A stretch of DNA of 61,020 nucleotides, counting the filler, from Sphacelaria rigidula (Eukaryota): NCBI GenBank assembly GCA_964200075.2. It is 9 parts of 9 records of this genome, joined end to end, with 100 filler letters (N's around TTAATTAATTAA, not from the genome) between each part and the next. Parts side by side here need not be neighbours in the genome. Positions count along the whole stretch, not along the records: positions 20,375 to 27,065 come from CAXNAA020018591.1; positions 27,166 to 33,856 come from CAXNAA020018592.1; positions 33,957 to 40,647 come from CAXNAA020018593.1; 6 more parts are not named here. One strand, 5' to 3'. The notes under the pieces were generated by a model that searched no databases, was not told the origin of the DNA, and saw only the letters and a program-made list of their open reading frames with translations. Below are positions 23,867-34,885 of this stretch, piece after piece. The translations under genes were made by a program, and so were the position numbers. Each line of letters begins with the position of its first letter. The first letter of the stretch is position 1.

Positions 23867-25027
23867 CTGTTCGCTGGTGGAGTATACGATGCGGACCGAA
23901 AGGGGGAGAAGGGGGGGGGGCGTACTCATTTGTTGCTTGCCTTAGTCGTCCCATTGACCAAGAGAGAGAAGTGGGGTAGAGCTATTTTGATACGCAAAAA
24001 ACTCAGCACTATTCCGATTCAAGGACAAATAAGACATGTTCAAGATTGAGGGAATGCTGTGAGCTTGTCGTGGCTATTCGTGGAGGGAGTGTACAACCAT
24101 GTGGCGTACAGAGCAAGCATTGGCGGGGGTGGTTGGTTGAAGAGCTTCAGCATCAAGACTGCTGCTATAGTGTTCTGTAGAGGAGTAATCCGATGAAAGC
24201 GATATCAATATGAGTCGCTCGATCGCAACGCTGACCGGCTGATGGCTAATAGTGAGGACGGCTCTCGGCACGCGCTGCGGGGGGGGGGTGATGTCCGTGC
24301 GAGAGGTGGAGTGTTGGCTTCGTTTCAGTCCCGTACAAAACGCCGAAACCTAAATCATGTCATCGTCACGACATGGATAGTTTTGGTCATGTTCCACTCA
24401 GGTATTTCCCTTCGATAGTAGATCAACGGTTCTCTTGATCCTGATTGCCGACAAACTCCCAAACCACGAATCTCAGTCGGCACAAAAGGGTGGCTAACCC
24501 CTTCTGCTCCTATTACCTATCCAGCACGGGTGGTGGAGGTGCTAGAAAACGCGTTGCCTTGTCTCTCTGCGTTGAAATGCTTGGGACAAGCTGAAAACCC
24601 GATAAACCATCCAGAGAAAAACAAAGAACATCATTCGGCTACCAGCTGAACCTACAGACACAGAGTGAGTCACCATGTAACGCTTAGGTGATACCACCAT
24701 TTACCTAACCCGTTTTACAGCTAAGATTTCACCCCCGAGTTCTTCAGATTATCTGCTCCGTACCTCGCCAGCGTACGACTGGTCACGACGTATGTGGCAA
24801 TGCACGATGTTGTTTTGCGGTACAAATACGAAACAAGACACCACACAACGCCAATCAGGAACTCTGCGGTCATGCGGTCGAGTCAGGTTACTCACTAGTT
24901 GCACCCAGCAAGCGCTGGCCGCTTCAGGCTGCTGGTTCATCTTTGCATTACTACTACCGTCGCAGCCGACCTTCGGTTCGAGCTCTCAAAGACGACTCGA
25001 GAAGCTCGCTGAAAAATATGTGTAATT

Positions 25028-25060
25028 ACAACAACAACCACAACAACAACAACAACAAGA

Positions 25061-25090
<30 letters not shown>
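25028..25090 (+). repeat. Compound (CAA)n/(CAG)n microsatellite
   Basis: Direct inspection. Confidence 0.9.
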
Positions 25091-25091
<1 letters not shown>

Positions 25092-27296
25092 GGACGACCT
25101 GTACCATCTGTGACAATCGTCCACACTACCGTAAACTAAATATTGAAATTTTGCGACAGCTGAAAATGTCTGGAATGACTTCAGTGCAGGAGAACAGTCT
25201 TGATTGTGTGGGTTTTTCCCAGAGACAGTACTGTACCATCACCCACACGAGTACAGTACACAGCCGCATGGTGCTGGTGCTGTCGGCAACACACAGCAAA
25301 TCTGTAAAATAATTGTCTCCGCAACGCACGTAACTCCCGTGGCTATTCAAGCACCAGACGTATTCGCACCACACCAGGCCCCAAAATGGCAGCAAGCCAA
25401 GGCCGAGCCTGAGCGCTCTTGCTCGAGTGCTTTGAACACTTCAGTTTGTCCTATGTGGCCTGGCACAAGACGTCACCACATACAATATGTTCCACCTTTG
25501 CCACAGCCAGCAACAGCACACCTTGCCAACGGCAACGAATTCCCAGCGACATGACAAAAATCCATTCCTTTGCTTGGGTTCCAAGCACGTCGCATTGTCG
25601 CGTGACGTCGTGCTGAGCCGTAAGTCCGCATTTATTGCTAGCGACGACGCTGTCTCAGTGAGTTTGTGTCCGTCAGCGTAACGTCTTGGCTAATAAAACT
25701 ACAGTAGTGGGCGGTCTAACTATTCATTTTGAGGCATTTTGTGCTTTCTTCGTAATCGGCGATTTTTTTCGGCTCTTTTCGCTTGCCACCGCTCATCACA
25801 TTGGGGATCTGAAGACACTTGTATCCTCTCCACATTCCAAAAACAAAATCATCTGTACTCAATATTGAGTGACTTACGGGCTGACCGGTTATCGGGGGTC
25901 CTGCGACGTTTCAGCCCAGATTCTCACTCTTCGGTATTTTCGATTGATCGAGCCTACCCCGATCGTTTTTTTCAAAAGATGTACAGTTTTATTTTCCTGA
26001 AATTCTCCTCACTCCTTGCACTAGAGCGGAAAAACTGTGTTTCACGTTGAATAACACCCTCACGATGAACGGAGTATTTACTCGTTTCGCCAGATAACAC
26101 CAGCTAGCACTGACTTGGGCACTGTGTTTCGATGATGATGTGTTCATTGTACCAAAATCTATCGATGCTAGCGATTTCGAGTTCTATCGAAGAGTAGTAC
26201 GCAATTCCCAATCCCCAGAAAAGCAAGCAGCCCGATCCTGTGAGCATTGCCAGAGAACAAAATAAAACAAAATAAAACAGATATCCACCCAACCTCGATT
26301 TTCTGCACGCATGCATTGATGAATCGACTGATTTTTTTCACACACATCAACCAACCAACCAACCCCCTTGGAATCCATCCGTGATCACCAGAGAGAGGGG
26401 CGGGCGTACCCAGGCCAAACGGAAACGAAAATAATTGCTCAAGGGAAATCCGAGAAAGACGGAGAAGGAAAAGACAGGACAACCGGAGTAGGCTGCACAG
26501 TGGTGCAGAATCGGAGTGAGAAACTCGTGCCCCCCTACATCCCCAGCCAGAGAACGCTACCGTCCAGTAGCAACTACGGCGATTTTCTCTTCCCTCTTAC
26601 TGCCATCAATTTCGTCAAAAGTCTCGCGCCGAGGCACGTGGCATGGGAAGCTCCTTTTTGTGGTACAAAAAGGATATTTTTCTTGCTGATCACCAACATA
26701 TGGAAAAGTGCGACGGAGCCTCAGAACTGAACTGACCCCCCCAAGGGACCTAGCTGTATTCGGAGGACTGACAGACCCCCAGGCAAAACAAACAAAAGAA
26801 TGGATGGTCCATGTCATCTTAGACCTCGAACAAGCTGCAACGAGATTGCAAAAAATAAAAAAATAAAAAATAAAAATAAAAATATCAACAACAACAACGC
26901 TTGGTTTACAGCAGCGTATCATCGCATCCGTTAAAAGCCTCGTGTCTAGCCACATGGCATGGAAAGCTTTTCTTGTGGTGCAAAATATTTGTTTCGTGAT
27001 ATGGTACATGGGCTGAAACGAAGGTTCCTTCTAGAACGCACCTATCAAACTCCGCGTAGTCTCACNNNNNNNNNNNNNNNNNNNNNNNNNNNNNNNNNNN
27101 NNNNNNNNNTTAATTAATTAANNNNNNNNNNNNNNNNNNNNNNNNNNNNNNNNNNNNNNNNNNNNACGAGTGCGCAGATCTGGGCGTCGGGGTGAACAAA
27201 AGTGCTTGAGGATAAGACGCAGCACTGGTCGTTGTGGGGGCAATCATTTCTCCGAAAGTGATATTTTCAATAGTGACAATCACTCATGATATGACC

Positions 27297-28768
27297 CAAC
27301 TTGTAACTTTTCGATACATGAGCAGTGGCGTAAGGCTACTTCTTGTGTATAAAAAAAGTAACAAGTTGTTGAAAAGTGCTTTTTTGGCCCTTCTCCATCG
27401 TTTTTGCCCCCAAAAGAGGGCTAGGCGAATGTGGGCACCTTGGAATGACTTGCTCTACTCGCTGAGACCGTTCCAGAGCACCTTCGCATCTTCTGTACGT
27501 CACAGTTTCGTTCTTGGCCAAAAATAAATGCATTTCCAATAACAAACGGTCGAGTTATTGAAAAATAGGCTGTTTTCCCCCTGTATTTCGATAACTCGCC
27601 CGTTTGTTATTGGAAATGCATTCTTCCACAAGGACGAAACTGTGACCTCCAGAAAACACAAGGTGGTGTGGAACATTGTCAGGGAGTAGAGCAAGTCATT
27701 TCAAGGTGTCCACATCTGCGTAGTCCTTTTGGGGGGACAAAAACGATGGAGAAGGGCCAAAAATGCACTTTTCAATAACTTTCACTTTTCGAAACATGAG
27801 ACATAGCCTAAGGCTACTTCTCATTATGTATAAAAATATATAACTCGTTGAAAAGTGCTTTTTTGGCCCTTCTCCGTCGTTTTTCCCCGAAAAGAGGACG
27901 ACGCGGCTGTTAACACCTTGGAATGACTTGCTCTACTCGCCAAGATGGTTCCTGAGCACCTTTTCATTTGCTGTAGGTCACGGTTTCGTTTTTGGCCAAA
28001 CTTGCATTTTCAATAACAAGCGGTCAAGTTACCGAAAAAATGTCAGTTTTCCCCCCTGTTTTCAGATAACTTGACCGTTTGTTGTTGAAAATGCAAGTTT
28101 GGCCGAAAACGAAACCGTGACCGATGGGAAACGCAAAGGTGCTCTGGGACCGTCTCAGCGAGTAAAGCAAATCATTCCAACGTGTCAACAGCCACCTCGT
28201 CCCCTTCTGGGGACAAAAACGACGGAGAAGGCCCAAAAATGCACTTTTCCACAATTTTTATTTTTTGATACATAAGAAGTAGCATAACAAGTAGCATCTT
28301 CTTATGTATCGAAAAAGTTACAAGTTGTTGAAAAGTGCTTTTTTGGCCCTTCTCCGTCGTTTTTGTCCCCAAAAGAGGGCTAGGCGGATGTGGACACCTT
28401 GGAATGACTTGCTCTACTCGCTGTGACCGTTCCAGAGCACCTTTGCGTTCTCTGTAGATCATAGTTTCGTTCTTGGTCAAAAATGCATTTTCAATAACAA
28501 ACGGTCGAGTTATCAAAAAAATGGCAGTTTTCCCCCCTGTTTTTCGATAACTTGACCGTTTATTATTAAACATTCATTTTCGGCCAAGAACGGAACTATG
28601 ACCTACAGAAAACGCAAAGGTGCTCTGGAACGGTCTCAGCGAGAGTAGTTGCAAGTCATTCCAAGGTGCCCACATCCGCCTAGCCCTCTTTTGGGGACAA
28701 AAACGACGGAGAAGGGCCAAAAAAGCACTTTTCAACAACCTTCATTTTTCGATACATGAGAAGTAGCC
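27297..28768. mobile_element. Tandem array of three (+ partial) ~475-bp foldback MITEs, PIF/Harbinger (Tourist)-like
   Basis: Units 27334-27808, 27812-28284, ~28292-28768; each is a near-complete palindrome with termini GGCTACTTCT...AGAAGTAGCC, separated or flanked by TAA/TAA/TAA/TCA. Confidence 0.8.
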
Positions 28769-28894
28769 TCAGGCGAGCAAAGGTTTAAATTTGAAAATTC
28801 AAATTCACCACCCCACCCATACATGGAGCTTCGTTTCGTACGACACAAAACCCCGCGGGAAGCCAACTGCGGTGCTTACTATGCTATATTGTAC

Positions 28895-29182
28895 CTGTAA
28901 GGAGTTGTCCAAGGTGGGAAGACCCGTGCACACAAAGAAGCTCCCGCCGTTCTCTCTCCTCTCTCGCAGGAGGTCGCTTGCTCTTGCCGTAGACGGCACT
29001 ATTTTGTCGGCTACGGTGTGAAGCAATTCCATAACTTTCGGTTTGTTGAGGTTGAGGGCTTGCACCAGCTGTAGCTCTGTCTTGGAAAAAAGGTCACCAA
29101 CTGTTTGCATGCCCTCGGCGGCCATTCGACTGACCACGGCGTTGTCTAGACCCAGCCTTCGGAGAGGGTATTGGCTTGCCAT
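28895..29182 (-). CDS. RAD51B: RAD51 paralog (RAD51B-like), first coding exon (96 codons)
   Basis: MASQYPLRRLGLDNAVVSRM..MQTVGDLFSKTELQLVQAL...TARASDLL...FVCTGLPTLDNSLQ, then GT donor at 28894-28893; parallels the RAD51B N-terminus up to just before the Walker A region. Confidence 0.82.
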
Positions 29183-29904
29183 CTTCTCAAGCAGATCTCT
29201 GCAGAATACATGTAACTGAGAATCCTGGCGATGAGCTGAGTGATTAAAGCGCTTCAATCAGAGGATTGTCGTTCGTTCCAATGCAGGACTATTCCGAGAG
29301 TAGCAGATCTGTAGAGCTGTGGATTTATTGCGAAGGAACTGCGTGCGCCCAGCGTTGGCCAGCGCCAAGCAACGGCTCTCACAGTGGCATGAAGATTGCC
29401 AGATGTTCACACAAGCTCAATCGTTCAGACCCACGGTCGACAGATGTCAAAAGCGAACCCGACACAGCACCTGATATAACAAGTCAATGGTGGACTCCAC
29501 CGTAATACATTGTACTGCACTCTGCCATGTGTTGCATATATGGGTGGAATTTTTTTAAGACAAAAAATGTGCAAGGGAGAAAAAGGAGTAGTGCCAGCCT
29601 GATTGTGCAGGTTGTCGACATGGTGCAGAGATTTTCCGAGTGCTCGAAACTTACTTATCACGGGCCCGAACGGTAGGCAAATGTGGTAAAGCGAGTGTTT
29701 AGGATCGATACGATCGATAGATCGATATACGATTCTAGTGCGGAATCAACGCCTGAACACTGGATCCAGGAGAAGAACATGCACATATGAGTCCTGAGAC
29801 GTGTCTGTGAATATTCAATTGTGCGCATTTACTGGGTGTAGGGGCCACGGTGAGCAGCAGCGATAACACACCAAGTAATCTGTGTCGAGAGCACCAGCAA
29901 CCCA
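29183..29904. promoter_or_regulatory. Putative bidirectional promoter between RAD51B-like and GPAA1
   Basis: Divergent ATGs 722 bp apart within one contig, with no recognisable TE between them. Confidence 0.55.
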
Positions 29905-30216
29905 ATGAGCAGCAAGGTAGGGTCATCACACGACCCCGTTGTTGAAAGTGGAGCACACAAAGATGCTGGAAAGAAAAGGCGCATTACTGCTGTTGCTGTT
30001 GCCGTTGCAAGGATTCTACCGTGCGTAACGTTCGTGCTTGGCGTCACCTGGATATTCCTCTTCCCGTTGGTGACCATTACGACCGGCGAGGCCAAGCCTC
30101 GAGGCACCTTTTTCGACGAGAACGCGATGCTCGTGCACCATACCGTGCTCGAGCTACAAACTGCGGAATTTACCTGGGCGCAGCCGGAATCGCTCAGGAA
30201 GACATACCCACCTGAG
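29905..30216 (+). CDS. GPAA1: GPI transamidase component GAA1/GPAA1, first coding exon (104 codons)
   Basis: Basic N-terminus, TM segment (ILPCVTFVLGVTWIFLFPLV), RGTFFDENAM (GAA1 TYxSENAL-type motif), GT donor at 30217. Confidence 0.8.
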
Positions 30217-30737
30217 GTGATACGTTGCGTTTACTGCATGTGCAAGTAGCAAGTTGAAGATGTCGTCCTGAACACCCGCTGCTTCTGTCAGAAGCTTCAC
30301 GTTGTGGGGTCTGCAAGTTTCGCCGCATATGCGAGTAACCGCGGGGAATAACACCCCCCCCCTCACCCACTCACCCACCTCCAGTAACGTGTACAAGTAT
30401 ATATGCGTATCTGCATAGATTCATGTATGTATGTTCTCGTCAAACTTTTATAGTGCTCCTCTTCATCGAGACGAGTCCGTCGCCTCGCGGGATCAACCCA
30501 TCTCTCCCCCGGTTGTTCTTGTTGTTGTTGTCTTCAAATTAAAAAATCGTTCCGATACCTGCGCGGTACATTTGTACTGGGCATCTGGTGCAGACGCTTT
30601 CCGTGGTCACAGGCTGGCAAAAAAAAAAGTATCACAAACACCCTGGTATATGCCGGAAATATTCGTTTTGCAGATGGCACCAACACTCCTGCACCTCGTG
30701 GACTGCAGTTAAATTTTCTCGTATTCGCCTGTGCTAA

Positions 30738-31573
30738 GGCCAACTCTAATAGGAGCCGTTCAAAATTCCTGTCGAAAACTGTCTCTCGGACCCTTCTCCG
30801 TCGATTGACGCCCGGAAAGAGGGCTAGATGGATGTTGACGCCTTGGAATGACTTGCTATACTCGTTAAAACTGTTCTGGGGCAACTTTGCATTTCCCGCT
30901 GGCCGCACTATCGTTTTTGGCCAAATCAGGCCAAGCACGGATTTTCAGTAAAAAACGGTCAGGTAATCAAGATTTCCCCCTGTTTTTTTATCGCTTGACC
31001 ATTTTTCATTGAAAATCCGTGTTTGTCCAAAAATGAAAGTGTGTCCAGCGGGAAATGCGAAGTTGCCCTAAAACGGTCTCATTGAGTAGAGTAAGTCATT
31101 CCAAGGCTGCCCTAAGCCCGACTTTGATGGGAGCTGTTCAAAATTTCTTTTCAAAGCTGCCTTTTTGGCCCTTCTTCGTCGTTTTACGCCTGAAAAGAGG
31201 ACTAGGCTGATGTTGACGCCTTGGAATGACTTGCTCTACTCGTTGAGACCGTTATAGGGCAACTTCGCATTTCCCGCTGGCCGCAATTTTGTTTTTGGCC
31301 AAATGAGGCCAAACACGGATTTCAGTAAAAAACAATCAGGTAATCAAACTGTCCCCCTGTTTTTTTGTCGTTTGACCGTTTTTTGTTGAAAATCCATGTT
31401 TGACCGAAAATAAAAGTTCGGCCAGCGGCAAATGGGAAGTTGCCCTGGAACGGCCTCAATGAGCAGAGCAAGTCATGCTAAGGCGTCAACATCCGCCTGG
31501 CCCTCTTCTCAAGTGTAAAACGACGGAGAAGGGCCAAAAAAACAGTTTTGAACGGCTCCCATTGAAGTCGGTC
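30738..31573. mobile_element. Two tandem foldback Harbinger-like MITEs (30738-31112 truncated; 31116-31573) in GPAA1 intron 1
   Basis: taa|ggccaactctaataggagccgttcaaaa, taa|gcccgactttgatgggagctgttcaaaa, ttttgaacggctcccattgaagtcggtc|tag; interior shared with the 27.3-28.8 kb family. Confidence 0.75.
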
Positions 31574-32545
31574 TAGGGGCCGTTATTATCGACAAACAAA
31601 ACTGGGAGAAGGTCTGGAATTTCGGCAATCGGTTCATTATTATCTAGATATACTGTTGCAGTTAGATATCTCATTACAGATGGTGCTGATCTCGCCGTTT
31701 GCTTGCCTTCGCCGGCATAAAGGATAGGGTTATGCTACCTGCCCGTGATTGGCGTTCATAACGATGGTGAACATCTTTCTCACAACCTCTCTGTGAGACG
31801 GGGGGCAGCCGGACAAGCTAGGGTGTGATCGACCGGCTCTCTCGGGATGCTGCAGTAATACACATGAGTGAAATACCGTCTGTAGAAAGCCCCGTGCACA
31901 TACGGTATTGCAGCATGCTTGTTTCTGCTTTGTATGTGCAGATACACGCAAATAAACCACCAGCTAAACACTTTTCAGGCGGTGCGGTAGCGTACACTCA
32001 TAGCAGCACTGCAGGGAAGTAGGTAGCTACTGGATTGTTTCTGCTCTTGACTTTGAAAGTGCGTATGTCTGCAAAGGACGACCACCGTGCTTGACCTCAA
32101 CAGCTCCAAAACCGCTGCCGGGGCACACATCTAGGGAAATAGATACCGCCAACCCGCGGTGCTTTTTACTCCACGGCACAGCCCAGGGTGTCACTATTAT
32201 AGCAAGGTTCCTGATGATTCTCGCATGCTTGCGAGCGCCACGGCGTGCGCCAAGGGCAGCTCTGCGGAATATTGCGCTGCAGTCCGAAATATTCGGCGTT
32301 CGCCAAACGTGAAGGCTTGGCGGAAACATCTAGCCGCTTCATTTTCGGAGAACGCCAAGCGCCAGGTGCGAAAACGCCTAAAATCTTGGCGATCTCGGAA
32401 AAACTGTGTCGATAATATCAGCCCTTAGCCGCGGCGGTCCCCTCTTCCTGGAGAAAACATCACTTTTGATTAGATTAGCCGCGACAGTCCCAACTACCGT
32501 CAGGAAACAGCATCTTCGATTATGAGGTCGTGCCTCGTCTATTTG

Positions 32546-32975
32546 TAGAGTATGTACGTTTGAGTACTCGAGTAAAATACTTGAGTATTTACTCTACTCA
32601 AAGTTTGAGTAGGTCGAGTACGGCCTCAAATACTCTACTCAAATTTTGAGTAGGTCGAGTATGGCCTCACGTACTCTACTCAAATTTCGGGTAGGTTGAG
32701 TATGACATCAAATACTCTACTTGAAATCAGAGTAGATCGAGTACGACCTCCAATACTCTAGTCAAATATTGAGTAAGCACTCTCAGTAATACTTGAGCAT
32801 AGAGTATCACTTGAGTATGGCCTCAATACTCTACTCAAGGCTTGAGTAGATCGAGTACGGCCTCAAATACACTACTGAAATTTTGAGTAGATCGAGTACG
32901 ACGTCCAATACTTTACTCATAGAATGAGTGAGCACTCTCTGTAATACTTGAGTATAGAGTATTATTTGGGTACGG
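32546..32975. repeat. Array of ~41-bp TACTC/GAGTA palindromic units; related copy at ~33570-33790
   Basis: Repeated tactctactcaaattttgagtaggtcgagtacggcctcaaa. Confidence 0.85.
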
Positions 32976-33795
32976 TGAGTATCCGTGACCGTCGGCAACT
33001 TCGTGACGTCACTTCACAGGCTGTGTCGAATACATGGTCGAACGATGGCCATCAAATAGATGGGTGGCATTACGTTACAAGCTACAAGGAGTATGAGCGA
33101 ATGATGACCATAAAATAATAATAATAATAATGTGCAGGTGAATAAACAGTACAAAGACTTCCACAGCCCAATACTTCGATAAGATTTTTACGCTTTCCAG
33201 TACCCCCGCCAGTCTACACGGTACAATCCGAACGCCCTTCGACAATACCCAATGTTCGTTTTACCGTAGTTTTGTACCATTTGGTTCTGATTCAAATGTT
33301 TTCTCGAATATACTGTATCCGAATATTTGCTGAAGTTCGATCTTGAATCAGCACTCATTTTGACGGCCGTGATCGGTCAGAATGGTCATTCCGCGCCTCT
33401 TGGGTCTAGTTCCTGGCATAAAATCTTCCGCGGAAAACTTCCAAACAAACATGGTTGACTGAGTGAGCTTTCGGGCTGCTCTGCGGACAGACACGCCTCC
33501 CCCCTCACAAACCACCACCCTCGTACATTTCCTCCGCGTGTTTTTGATCGAAAAAGCCAGGGGCAGGTCGGGTAGTTTATGTACTCTTGAACACTCGGGT
33601 AAAATACCTGGGTATTTACTCTACCCAAATCTGGGTAGGTTGGGTACGACCTCAAATACTCCACCCAACTGGGTAAGCACCCTCAGCAATACCTGGGTAT
33701 AGAGTTTCACTTGGGTATGACCTCAACACTCTACCCGAATTTGGGTTTTTTGGGTATGATTTCAATACTCTGTCCATATGTTTGAGTACAAGGCC

Positions 33796-33856
33796 GGTCG
33801 CCCCGGTGGCTCAGTTGGTAATCTCGTAACCTTCTGATGGTTGAGTTGGGGGGTTC
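33796..33856 (+). mobile_element. tRNA-derived SINE head or tRNA pseudogene (truncated by contig end)
   Basis: ggtcGCCCCGGTGGCTCAGTTGGTA...GGTTC; A-box and start of B-box; similar copy at 60952. Confidence 0.7.
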
Positions 33857-33956
33857 NNNNNNNNNNNNNNNNNNNNNNNNNNNNNNNNNNNNNNNNNNNN
33901 TTAATTAATTAANNNNNNNNNNNNNNNNNNNNNNNNNNNNNNNNNNNNNNNNNNNN

Positions 33957-34885
33957 AAACCGCCAACACACGTCTCGGACACTTTGCATCACCCCACAGA
34001 GAGGAGCCTCGTCCCAAACTGGCGGGGGTCGGCAGGCACAGATTTTCACGCGCAGAGTTTTGTTCCGCGGGCAATTTCGAACCGCGGAGCCAAGCGAATC
34101 CGAGAAGTAGACGAGGCTCCTCTCTGTGGGGTGATGCGAAGTGTCCGAGATGTGTGTTGGCGGTTTTCTCGGCTTGGGCCAAAGGGTGGGTCAAACGTCA
34201 TAAAAGGGAACAATCCGTGGGCCAAAAATCTGTTTGCCATAACATCCGGCCTCAAAGGCCGTTTCTTCCGGTTCGTATTTCCCACTTTTAGGACATTTGA
34301 CGAGGTTTTTGACCCCCAAACAGGGAAAGTCGCCACCACACGTCTTGGACACTTGTATCACCCCACCGAGAGGGGAGCCTAGCCCAGTTTTCCGATTCGC
34401 TTGGGTCAGAGATTTCAATATATGTTTTTCTCGTATTTTTGTCCAGGAGCCGCTCTTGAAATCTCTGACCCAGGCGAATCGGAAAACTGGGCTAGGCTCC
34501 CCTCTCGGTGGGGTGATACAAAGTGTCCAAGACGTTTGGTGGCGACTTTCCCTGTTTGGGGGTCAAAAACCTCGTCAAATGTCCTGAAAGTGGGATATAC
34601 GAGCCAAACAAAATACGAACCGGAAGAAACGGCCTTGGACCCTGAAAGTTTGCGGGGATCAGCAAGCACAGATTTTTGCGCACGAATTTTTGGTCAGCGG
34701 CCAATCTCGAAACCTCGGAGCCAGGCGAATCTGAAAAGCAGACTAGGCTCCTTCCTCTCTGTAGGGTGATGCAAAGTGTCCGAGCCGTGTGTTGGTTTTT
34801 TTGGTTTGAGGGTCAAAAGGTAGGTCAAGCGTCCCAAAAGTGAACAATCCGTGGGCCAAAAATCTGTTTGCCATAACATTCGGCC
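33957..34885. mobile_element. Cluster of foldback MITEs, including a complete 34255-34636 palindromic element with a 26-bp perfect TIR
   Basis: aaggccgtttcttccggttcgtattt / aaatacgaaccggaagaaacggcctt; neighbours end in ...cataacatccggcc|tca and ...cataacattcggcc|taa. Confidence 0.78.

Noticed and set aside
24516..25400. Degenerate RAD51B C-terminal exons (LLPFWGLVW..RLVLE; FSW*PNDVLCFSLDG)
   Set aside because: Needs several frameshifts and stops to fit, and lies on a different, unlinked contig from RAD51B exon 1, so the resemblance may be chance
32091..32312. GPAA1 exon 2 (contains LRAPR)
   Set aside because: Flanking residues do not fit the GAA1 LRAPR..G.E context and there are no convincing splice sites
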